Source of the DNA: an uncultured Candidatus Berkelbacteria bacterium
GTDB taxonomy: Bacteria; Patescibacteriota; UBA1384; UBA12157; JAENIV01
Assembly: GCA_963698075.1 (NCBI GenBank)
Contig: OY969116.1
Span: forward strand, 400,097 to 464,096
Reading direction: 5' to 3'
DNA: 64,000 nucleotides
In this document: piece by piece, positions 47,487 to 55,881 of the stretch
How the letters are laid out: every line of letters starts with the position of its first letter
Numbering within the stretch: position 1 is the first letter of the stretch
Position numbers and translations under genes: made by a program
The notes under the pieces: model-generated
Told to the model about the DNA's origin: nothing
The model's database searches: none
Seen by the model: the letters and a program-made list of their open reading frames with translations, nothing else

Positions 47487-48461
47487 TTATTCTTTCTTCA
47501 AAAACTGCGCTGCCAGTTCCGGCGAGACGACGTCAATGACAATCCCTGAACCCATTTCATAGCCGCCGAATTTTGACACTCTTGGAGCTATTTCCATATG
47601 CCAGTGGAAATAATCTTTAACGTGGTCTTTCTTTGTCGGACCGGTATGAATCCACCAGTTAAAGGGAGGAAATCTTAATGTCCGATTCAAATCATTGATT
47701 AATTGATAAACAATTTTTGCCATGCTTTCTCTTTCGCTACCGGCAATTGTCTCAAAAAATGACTGATGTTTCTTGGGTAATATCCACATTTCGAAAGGAA
47801 AACGGGCGGCAAAAAAAGTAAAGCCGATAAAATCTTCATTTTCCGCCACCACCCGCACTTTTTGTTTTTGTTCTTCCTTGATCATGGCGCAAAAAACACA
47901 TTCTTTTTTATCGAGTAAGAAACTTTTAGAACCAACCATCTCATCTTCAACTTGATTGGGAATAATTGAAGAGGCGAAAAACTGTGAATGAGGATGTTCA
48001 ATTGAAGCCGCTGCCTCTGGACCTAAATTATGAATCGGCATGGCATATTCGATCGTTGGATCTTGTTGATAATATCGATATCGTCCTTGGTAGACTTTGA
48101 ACAACTCGTCTAAGAGTTGCCAACCACCCTCATAAATTTCTGTTTGGTGGTCTTTAATAACAATGACTTCATGGCCACCCACAGCTTTGGTAGAAAAATA
48201 CAGCTCGCTACTTTCGCTTATGATCTCTTCATCTTTCACAAAAGCCGGATATTTATTGGGAATAGTATAAATATGTTCGGTTTCCGCGGTCTTAATGGAA
48301 AACTTATAAGCACTCTCTGGATTTGTTAAACAAAAGGGACATTTTTCATCAATGTGTCTTTTGGGCGCCGCTGCCATCACAAAGTCTTCGGGACGCTTGG
48401 CCCGTTCAGGGGCAATGACGACCCATTTTCCGGTGACTATGTTTTGACGTAATTTCGGCAA
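47487..48461 (-). CDS. galT: GalT-family nucleotidyltransferase
   Basis: WVVIAPERAKRP, CPFC, NKYP, HEVI, ASIEHPHSQ, CVFC, HWHMEI. TTG start after GGAGG. Confidence 0.9.
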   Translation of the reverse strand: MPKLRQNIVTGKWVVIAPERAKRPEDFVMAAAPKRHIDEKCPFCLTNPESAYKFSIKTAETEHIYTIPNKYPAFVKDEEIISESSELYFSTKAVGGHEVIVIKDHQTEIYEGGWQLLDELFKVYQGRYRYYQQDPTIEYAMPIHNLGPEAAASIEHPHSQFFASSIIPNQVEDEMVGSKSFLLDKKECVFCAMIKEEQKQKVRVVAENEDFIGFTFFAARFPFEMWILPKKHQSFFETIAGSERESMAKIVYQLINDLNRTLRFPPFNWWIHTGPTKKDHVKDYFHWHMEIAPRVSKFGGYEMGSGIVIDVVSPELAAQFLKKE

Positions 48462-48483
48462 AGTTCCTCCTCTTCAATTTATC

Positions 48484-48999
48484 CTATTTTATTCCTTCTT
48501 CCACATATTTATGGAAATGTGCCATAGCAACCGCCAGAGCATCGGCCGCATCATCGAAACCATCTTTTCTCCCCCGCCCGATATTTCTGGCTGGTTTTAA
48601 AGCTTTATCGACCTCTATCAAAACTTCTTTTTTCTCTGAGCGTCCGTATCCCGTCACTGCCATTTTCACCTGTAGGGGGGTATATTCAAAAGTCTGCAAC
48701 GCCAAACCCTTTTTCGCACAAGCAAGCAATATCACCCCCCGCGCTTCGGCAATTTTCATTGCTGTTTTTTGGTTATGGAAAACAAAAAGCAATTCAATGG
48801 CCATTTGATTTGGCTTGAATTTCTCTATCAAGTTCATTATATCATTAAAAACTCGATTCAAGCGTTCAGAGTCGGCTTTTAATTTATCAGTTTCGATACA
48901 GCCGTGAGCAATCCATTTAAGCGATCCGTCTTTTTCGGAAACATCAATCACGCCCCAACCGCAACGGGCGGTACCGGGGTCAATGCCCAAAATTCTCAT
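48484..48999 (-). CDS. ruvC: Holliday junction resolvase RuvC
   Basis: MRILGIDPG, AIE, EYTPLQVKMAVTGYG, DDAADALA. Confidence 0.96.
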   Translation of the reverse strand: MRILGIDPGTARCGWGVIDVSEKDGSLKWIAHGCIETDKLKADSERLNRVFNDIMNLIEKFKPNQMAIELLFVFHNQKTAMKIAEARGVILLACAKKGLALQTFEYTPLQVKMAVTGYGRSEKKEVLIEVDKALKPARNIGRGRKDGFDDAADALAVAMAHFHKYVEEGIK

Positions 49000-49042
49000 C
49001 TCTTGCTCCCTGAGAATTTTCGCATGCAAATTCGCAAATCTT

Positions 49043-49777
49043 TCATAATAACTCCTTTGGGAGGTCAAAGTTTGAACAAACTGCCGTCACTTCATCTAAA
49101 TTTTCTAAATTTTCCATTAATTTTAAAATCTTGGCAGCTTCATTTTTATCGACAATAGATACCATGTTTTTTGGCTCCCAAGTTAAAGAGGAATCTTTTA
49201 TTTCAAACCCTTGAGTTTCAAGGGTTTCTTTTACCATTTCTAACTCATTAGCTTTAGTATAAACAGCTAACATCTCATTCTGTTCTTCAAAATCTTGGGC
49301 ACCAGCATCTATCACCTTCAGTTCCAGTTCCTCTTGGTTTTGACCAGCTAAACTAATCAAGAATCTGCCCATTTTTTCAAATTGATAACTAATTGCCCCC
49401 GAGCCTGTTAACTTTCCGCTAAAGTTCGCTAAAATATTTTTTATCTCGGAGTTCGTTCGATTGCGATTATCGGTGGCTACCTCGATCAAAATGCCAATGC
49501 CGCTTGGGCCAATAGCTTCGTAAAGAATTTCCTCAAGCTTTGCGCCTGCCAACTCACCGGTGCCGCGTTTAATCGCCCGATCAATATTTTCTTTAGGCAT
49601 ACTTGCCTCGCGGGCTTTCTCAATCGCCATTTTTAAAGCAAAATTCGCACTGGGATCACCGCCCGCTCTGGCGGCGACGATAATCGTATTGGTCAGTTTA
49701 GAAAAAATCGCTCCGCGCTTGATATCGGCCGCACCTTTCTGCCTTTTTATTTGACTCCATTTACTATGACCGGACAT
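49043..49777 (-). CDS. yebC: YebC/PmpR family protein
   Basis: MSGHSKWSQIKRQKG, TDNRNRT. Confidence 0.96.
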   Translation of the reverse strand: MSGHSKWSQIKRQKGAADIKRGAIFSKLTNTIIVAARAGGDPSANFALKMAIEKAREASMPKENIDRAIKRGTGELAGAKLEEILYEAIGPSGIGILIEVATDNRNRTNSEIKNILANFSGKLTGSGAISYQFEKMGRFLISLAGQNQEELELKVIDAGAQDFEEQNEMLAVYTKANELEMVKETLETQGFEIKDSSLTWEPKNMVSIVDKNEAAKILKLMENLENLDEVTAVCSNFDLPKELL

Positions 49778-49858
49778 AATTTCTTCTCCTATATTCTCTT
49801 GTAATCATACATCTTTAACTTATTTTCTTCAATTGCCAAGCAATGTTAGAATTAAGTT

Positions 49859-50731
49859 ATGAGAAAAATTTTCAAAATCTTCATCGGTATTATAATTATT
49901 TTGGGAATAATCTTCGGCGTGTTCTATTATTTGTTCCTTAGAAATAACTGCCAATTGCCTCGCACTTACAGTCTTGGCCAGGTTGACTCGCGTTTTAAAA
50001 TCTCATCCGAAGATGTTTTATCCGTCGCCCAAGACGCTACCGAAAGATGGAATTCTGAAACTGGCGAAAATTTATTCACCTATGACCCCTCTTCTAAACT
50101 TAAAATCAATCTTGTTTATGATTCCCGACAAGCAGATTTGGATAAAATTAATGCCGAAGCTAATAACCTATTAGCCCAAAAGCAGAATGTCGAGACTAAT
50201 AACCAACAATTTAAAACTTTCTTGGCCAATTATCAAGAAAAGCTAGCCAACTATAATCAGGAAGTGGCATCCTGGAACAGTCGTGGCGGAGCGCCGCCAG
50301 AAATTTTCAACCAACTTCAATCAGAAAAATCCATTCTCGATCAACAAAGAAACGAATTAATCCAAATGGCCCAAATTTTAAATCTCCAGGCTCAAAATTA
50401 TAACGAAAATTTAGACTCTTTAAAAAACGAACTTGACCAACGCAAAAATCTCATTGTTACCCAAGGAGAATATCTTACCGATACCGATACCATCAATATC
50501 TATACTTTCGGTGACAAAGAAGAGCTTCGACTGGTTTTAATGCACGAATTAGGTCATGCCTTGGGCCTTGGTCACGACCAGCAACCGACCTCGATAATGT
50601 ATCAATTGTTAGACCAACAAGATTTAAAAAATCCCGTTCTTTCGTCTGAAGATATCAATCTTCTAAAATCTCACTGCAATTTGGATTATTCTTTATCTGG
50701 CGCTCTTCGTCGCATAAGACTGGCCATCTGA
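49859..50731 (+). CDS. Matrixin-family (M10-like) Zn metalloprotease with a coiled-coil insert
   Basis: N-terminal TM helix, HELGHALGLGH and Met-turn SIMY. Confidence 0.88.
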   Translation: MRKIFKIFIGIIIILGIIFGVFYYLFLRNNCQLPRTYSLGQVDSRFKISSEDVLSVAQDATERWNSETGENLFTYDPSSKLKINLVYDSRQADLDKINAEANNLLAQKQNVETNNQQFKTFLANYQEKLANYNQEVASWNSRGGAPPEIFNQLQSEKSILDQQRNELIQMAQILNLQAQNYNENLDSLKNELDQRKNLIVTQGEYLTDTDTINIYTFGDKEELRLVLMHELGHALGLGHDQQPTSIMYQLLDQQDLKNPVLSSEDINLLKSHCNLDYSLSGALRRIRLAI

Positions 50732-51557
50732 ATCAATTTCAATTGTTCCATTTTGATCAGTGCGATAAATTCTAATCGCATATTTTTTTAATAAAGAGAT
50801 GGTATTCGTTGCCGGATGACCATATTTATTATTTTCTCCTACCGATATGACAGCGATCGCCGGTCGGACAATTTTTAAGAAATCTTCGCTTAATCCATTT
50901 TCGCTACCATGATGAGCCACCTTCAACGCCTCGACAAAAATATTTTTATCCAATAATTTTTGCTGGACCTCTTTTTCGGCATCGCCAGTAAAAAGTACGG
51001 AAAAGTTATTAAAATCTAAACGGTTGACGATTGAAGCATTATTAAGGTTATCAATTGTCCGATTTTTCAGCGACGATAGGGGATAGAGGATTTCGATTTT
51101 GACCTCACCAAATTTTTTTTCATCGCCAGCAACTACCAATTTATCAGCAATATTTTGTTTTTTGATTTCTGCTTTCCAAGAGTCATACGTTGAAGAGGAG
51201 TACTCTACTCCCGTCTCCCAAACCTCGTCAACTTTATAGCGTTTAATAACCTCCAATAAGCCGATTAAATGATCGGCGTGAGGATGAGGAAAGAATCACC
51301 AAATTGATTTCGTGGTCACCAAAATCCATCATTTTCCCAAGTTGATTTAAAACCGAAGCATCTGGCCCGCCATCAATTAAAATATCGCTGCCGTCCGGAT
51401 TTTTAATATATTCTGAATCTCCCTGTCCAACATCAAGAAAATAAACTTTTAAGTCACTGGCTGCTTGTGGACGGGCAAAAATCCCCACCCCAATGGCCAC
51501 GCCCAAAATAAGCAAAAAACCAACGAGAAATTGAAGATTTTTTCTAAGATAATTCAT
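50693..51557 (-). pseudogene. ComEC-type MBL-fold hydrolase split by a 1-nt frameshift
   Basis: FLDVGQGDS..LIDGG in one frame, HPHADH..LFTGD..KVAHHGS..YGHP..RTD in the other. There is one extra base at ~51287-51290. Confidence 0.85.
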
Positions 51558-52977
51558 GGACTTTTTTCAAAATTGGTCTTAGCCGATAAATCATCAAGCC
51601 TACAATAAAATAGAAAATTATCATCCACCACCAGTCTGAAGTCTTCAATTGCCAGGATGCCCAAGGAATTTTAGAAAAGCTTTCAACAATTACTATTATA
51701 TACTTTAAAAATAGCCAGCCGATATAACCGATAATTTGACCCAGACTTATCCAAACAAGACCAGCTATTCCGATCAAAAAAATCATCCCCATTGCCGCCG
51801 GAATCAGCCATAAAATAAGAATATTCACGATCGGCGAAACGAAACTGACCCGCCCAAAATAGAAAATTAAAATTGGTAAAACCATTATTTGGGCGGCGGT
51901 AGTTTCGGAAAAAGTCGATTTTAAAATAATTGGCAAAGATCTGATAAATTTTAATCTGGCAATAATCGGGCCCAAATAAACTAATCCCATAAAAGCCAAA
52001 AATGATAATTGAAAACCAATGTCATATTTTAAAGCATAAGGGCCAAATATGAGCATTATTACTGCCACTAACAACAATAAAATTGTCATATTAATTCGCC
52101 GGCCTTCGTAATGTCCCAATAACACCAATCCCGCCAAAATGCCTGCCCGGACGACTGAGGCCGGTGCGCCGGTCATAATCACGAAGGTAACGATAATAAA
52201 AAGCGATCCCCAAAACTTTGACTTCCGCGAAAAAATTCCCAAAAACAGAGCGATATAGGTAATGACAATGGTCAAATTGTAGCCAGAGACAGCAACGATA
52301 TGGGTGGTGCCGGTGCGGTTAAAATCGCTCATCAAAGAATCCGGGATATTTCTTTTGGAGCCCAAAACCAGACCGGCGGCAAAAGAAGCATAAGGTTCAC
52401 TCAAAGATCGGTCGAGTGATTCTTCAAACTTATCTCTTATTTCATAAATCATTTTGATGGCCACGTTTCCATGGTAGCCGATTTTTTCGACCGGTTTTTC
52501 GGTTGAAATTTGTCCCAGGATGCCACGGTGAAATAAATAATCTGACGGTTTTTTGATCGCGCCATCGATTTTCAAAACATCACCATAATGATATTCAGGA
52601 TATCGGCCGGTGGTTAATTGAATTTTGGTATTTTTAAAACTCAAAACATAATTTGCCTGACTGCCCGAAAAATCCGGATGGCCGATGATTTGACCTTCGG
52701 TGGTGAGTTCTTTGCCATAAGGCATTTGGATTGCTTTCTCGCGAATATCCCAGAAATTGAAATATCCTAAACCGATAATCAGACCAAAAATTATAAGTAA
52801 TCCCAGCCGCCAATAATTTTCGCGCCATTGTAAAATAAGCGCCAACAATATCCCCGCGCCGATACCGAAAAGCCACCATAAATCCAGATGGATAATATCG
52901 CCCAGGAATATCCCCACCACGAAACTAGCTAAAGTAGCGATGACGAATCTTGATTTACCAATGGGTTGATTATTCAT
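51544..52977 (-). CDS. comEC: ComEC/Rec2 competence channel (DUF4131 + Competence domain)
   Basis: GTTHIVAVSGYN, SVVRA, GFQLSFLA and many TM helices. Confidence 0.94.
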   Translation of the reverse strand: MNNQPIGKSRFVIATLASFVVGIFLGDIIHLDLWWLFGIGAGILLALILQWRENYWRLGLLIIFGLIIGLGYFNFWDIREKAIQMPYGKELTTEGQIIGHPDFSGSQANYVLSFKNTKIQLTTGRYPEYHYGDVLKIDGAIKKPSDYLFHRGILGQISTEKPVEKIGYHGNVAIKMIYEIRDKFEESLDRSLSEPYASFAAGLVLGSKRNIPDSLMSDFNRTGTTHIVAVSGYNLTIVITYIALFLGIFSRKSKFWGSLFIIVTFVIMTGAPASVVRAGILAGLVLLGHYEGRRINMTILLLLVAVIMLIFGPYALKYDIGFQLSFLAFMGLVYLGPIIARLKFIRSLPIILKSTFSETTAAQIMVLPILIFYFGRVSFVSPIVNILILWLIPAAMGMIFLIGIAGLVWISLGQIIGYIGWLFLKYIIVIVESFSKIPWASWQLKTSDWWWMIIFYFIVGLMIYRLRPILKKVHELS

Positions 52978-52999
52978 TATCTATATTGTATAATGAACG

Positions 53000-53464
53000 A
53001 TGACTGAGATGAAAAAACACGATCAAACAAAAGAATTGAAAGCCAAAATCAAAGAGCTTGAGGACGGTTGGAAGAGGACTCAAGCTGACTTTGAAAATTA
53101 TCGCAAGCGCTCCGAGGCCGAACGCGGAGAAATTTTGAATTTGATGAAAGCGGATTTTATCGCCAAAATCACGCCCGTTTTGGATAATTTTCGCCGGGCT
53201 TTTCTTCACGCTCCAGACGACGATTTTGCCCGCGGCGTCAAACAAATCGAAAAACAATTGGAGGATATTTTAGTTGCCGAAGGCCTCCAAAAAATCCCGG
53301 CCAAAACTGGCGATAAATTCGACTGCAATCTTCATGAAGCGATTTCTTGCGAGCCTAATAAAAAAATTCCGGCTGATCATATATTATCCGAGGTAGAATC
53401 TGGCTGGACTTTTCAAGGTCAAGTGATTAAGCCCGCTAAGGTACGAGTAAGCAAAGACAGATAA
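53000..53464 (+). CDS. grpE: Nucleotide exchange factor GrpE
   Basis: RTQADFENYRKR, LDNFRRA, FD..LHEA, G.VIKPAKVRV. Confidence 0.95.
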   Translation: MTEMKKHDQTKELKAKIKELEDGWKRTQADFENYRKRSEAERGEILNLMKADFIAKITPVLDNFRRAFLHAPDDDFARGVKQIEKQLEDILVAEGLQKIPAKTGDKFDCNLHEAISCEPNKKIPADHILSEVESGWTFQGQVIKPAKVRVSKDR

Positions 53465-53465
53465 T

Positions 53466-53491
53466 CTAACGGCTCACCCCTTGAGCCGTTA
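53466..53491. repeat. REP-like palindrome, possibly a bidirectional terminator
   Basis: CTAACGGCTCACCCCTTGAGCCGTTA between convergent genes. A near-identical copy lies in secA. Confidence 0.8.
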
Positions 53492-53498
53492 AAAGCAG

Positions 53499-54806
53499 TT
53501 ATTGAACCGGCTTAAATTCGAGATTCCAGGTCCCGCCGCCGTAATCAGTAACACCAAAGGCACCGCCGCCGGTGCCGGAACTTAATTGAATCGAACCTGA
53601 CCAGCTGCCGTTGCCGCCGTGGGTAACGCCGCCGATATTACAGGATCCATTAATATTCCCGTGGATACTCCCGCCATCACCACCCGCGAATGTGCCACTA
53701 ATATCACCCCGGCAACTACCGACTTCAACCCCTTTTTGGGCATAGCAAGGACCAATAAAATCGCCGCTAACCGCTCCGCCGCCAGAGGAAAAATTTAGAT
53801 TAATCGTGCCGTGGCAATCGCCTTCGCTCCAAATGCCGGTGCCGCGAATTTCTTTGGATTCGCTAGTCGGCGAGGAACTCGGTTGGCTCTCGGCCGCGTC
53901 TGAATCTTCGGTCGGTTTTTCTTTCTTTATCTCCTCAGCCGTCTGCTTCGGATTAATTGGCGCCTTTTGATTTTCATCATAAAAAGTGAAATATTTCTTT
54001 GTCGCCTCCGCCGCCTCAACAATATCGCCAGCATCGCCAGCGACTTGTTTGACTGCCTCTTTGCCGGCTTCAACCGCGTAATTCGGAAAGTCGGTGGTTC
54101 TAAATTTAACGGCATTATCTACGATTGTATCGTCCAAAGTGTCATTTCCGATTTCATCCCAGGGATCGCGGTTCGGCCGCTCAACAATCTGTTTCGTCCG
54201 CCCCCAAAAAGTATTCTCCTCTAACCATCTTTTAAATTTCTCCCATGGCCCCGGCTGTTCGGTGCCGATATTAACGCGTTCGTAAGCCAGGACTCGAGGA
54301 AAAATCCCAACATGATCGGAGGCATTTAAATTGCGCATCGATGTTGCGACGGCAATTAATTGATCATCTTTAAAAATCGTCGCTAATTCGTTGTCAAAAT
54401 TTAAAGTCCGCTGGCCGTTTTGTTCACTTACTTCTGCTTGGCCAAAGCGAGCAATAAAAAAGCCCTCATTTTCGTCGCCAGTAAATTCATATGGTTTAAT
54501 GTCGACAAATTTCGCGCTCGAAGGACTAACAATTTTTTCTTTGGCTGTCAGAATCCCATTGGCAAAAGTAAATTTATAACCGTAAGATTCGTAATACCAA
54601 ATTTCCAATTTCTGTTCTGATTCGTCATTAGAATACATTGCCACGAAATGATCTGGCCAATCGAGATTGCCAATGATTACTTTTTGATGGCTAGAAAGCC
54701 GGCTGGCATTTTCCGCAGCAATTAATTTGCCATAGACCAACAGACCGATGACAACAATAATGAGGACTCCAAGAATAATTAATAGAATCTTTAAGCCTTT
54801 TTTCAT
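53499..54806 (-). CDS. Membrane-anchored surface protein with a Gly-rich C-terminal beta domain
   Basis: N-terminal TM helix, Ser/Pro linker and a Gly-rich domain containing 4 Cys. Confidence 0.75.
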   Translation of the reverse strand: MKKGLKILLIILGVLIIVVIGLLVYGKLIAAENASRLSSHQKVIIGNLDWPDHFVAMYSNDESEQKLEIWYYESYGYKFTFANGILTAKEKIVSPSSAKFVDIKPYEFTGDENEGFFIARFGQAEVSEQNGQRTLNFDNELATIFKDDQLIAVATSMRNLNASDHVGIFPRVLAYERVNIGTEQPGPWEKFKRWLEENTFWGRTKQIVERPNRDPWDEIGNDTLDDTIVDNAVKFRTTDFPNYAVEAGKEAVKQVAGDAGDIVEAAEATKKYFTFYDENQKAPINPKQTAEEIKKEKPTEDSDAAESQPSSSPTSESKEIRGTGIWSEGDCHGTINLNFSSGGGAVSGDFIGPCYAQKGVEVGSCRGDISGTFAGGDGGSIHGNINGSCNIGGVTHGGNGSWSGSIQLSSGTGGGAFGVTDYGGGTWNLEFKPVQ

Positions 54807-54815
54807 GCTCTCTCC

Positions 54816-55340
54816 TTATTGGGCCGTATTACTAAAATCACTAATTAGCCATTGATTGCCAACTTTTATCAAACTAAAAGCCCAGCCTAAACCCATCTCG
54901 CCCCAGTTGGCATTAACGGTAACGGAAGCGCTAGAACCGTTAATATTTTCACCCGTTATTTCGACTGAAGTCGGACCGTCCTGGTAGCCGTAGAACTGAG
55001 CAGCAAAAGTGTTATCATCGCTAAATTGGGATTGTAAATTGGCAACTAATAAAGTCCTAGCGGCATCAAAATTAAGATTGGCTGAAGGCAGAGTGCCGAT
55101 GCTGTAATTCATAAAGTTCTCGACCGCTTTCTTCGGAGCCATTTGGGCTTCTTCGGTCGCCGTCGGCGTCGGTGTTGAAGTCGCAGTTTTAGTCACCGTC
55201 GGCGAGGAAGTCGCCGTTACCTCGCTATTGATTTTACTTTTACCATAAAAATAGGCGGCTAAAATAATCGCCGCAATTACAATTACTGCTACAACCGCGA
55301 TAATGACAATTAGAGTAGTGTTGTTTTTTGGTTGTTCCAT
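54816..55340 (-). CDS. Membrane-anchored protein with a Thr/Pro linker and NTF2-like C-terminal domain
   Basis: TM helix, TATSTPTPT linker, PKKAVENF...LIKVGNQWLISD. Confidence 0.7.
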   Translation of the reverse strand: MEQPKNNTTLIVIIAVVAVIVIAAIILAAYFYGKSKINSEVTATSSPTVTKTATSTPTPTATEEAQMAPKKAVENFMNYSIGTLPSANLNFDAARTLLVANLQSQFSDDNTFAAQFYGYQDGPTSVEITGENINGSSASVTVNANWGEMGLGWAFSLIKVGNQWLISDFSNTAQ

Positions 55341-55372
55341 TTTTCCCTCCTTTGAGTGCTTTCTTTATTTAA

Positions 55373-55651
55373 TTATACCATAAAAGACCTAAAGATCTCA
55401 ACCATCTTTTCGCCATAGGGCGAAAGCGTGTGTTTGACAAATAAACCTTGGTATTTTTTTCTAACCAGGCCGGCATTAACCAGTTTCCTGGTGTGTTCAG
55501 AAATCGTTCTCAAATTTCCATCTAATTTCCGAGCGATCTCTTCCAAGCTGATTCCTGGATTCTTCTTTATCAAAAAAATAATTTCCACCCGCCAATGATT
55601 GGCCACGCCTTTAAAAATTCTCTCCAAATGCCTGCTCTTTTTCTTATCCAT
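55373..55651 (-). CDS. ArsR-like winged-helix regulator
   Basis: FKGVANHWRVEII...EEIARKL....TISEHTRKLVNAGLV. Confidence 0.85.
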   Translation of the reverse strand: MDKKKSRHLERIFKGVANHWRVEIIFLIKKNPGISLEEIARKLDGNLRTISEHTRKLVNAGLVRKKYQGLFVKHTLSPYGEKMVEIFRSFMV

Positions 55652-55671
55652 ATTTTTATAATATATCTTTG

Positions 55672-55715
55672 TACAGACTATTCCAATATTCTGCAGAATA
55701 TGTAAATAGTTTGTA
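55672..55715. promoter_or_regulatory. Long inverted repeat upstream of the ArsR-like gene
   Basis: TACAGACTATT..ATATTCTGCAGAATAT..AATAGTTTGTA. Confidence 0.55.
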
Positions 55716-55812
55716 AGAGGATTTAATTATTCTTTCAAGCAGTATAAATGATTACTAGTTGGCATATAGCCAAATTCCCCGCAATGTGGGGCGTTAAAGA
55801 AAAAAACGAGGG

Positions 55813-55843
55813 ACTTGACAAGCAAATTTATGTCAAGTATACT
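55813..55843 (+). promoter_or_regulatory. dnaK sigma70 promoter with an overlapping inverted repeat
   Basis: TTGACA-N17-TATACT, overlapped by ACTTGACA-N10-TGTCAAGT. Confidence 0.75.
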
Positions 55844-55881
55844 TTACATTAGAAACCAATTTAATCTTATGGAGGTTCTAT

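Noticed and set aside
48571-48595. Possible palindrome insertion in ruvC (KPARNIGRG)
   Set aside because: The inverted repeat is weak and there is no clear family match in the window, so it was left out of the repeat families.
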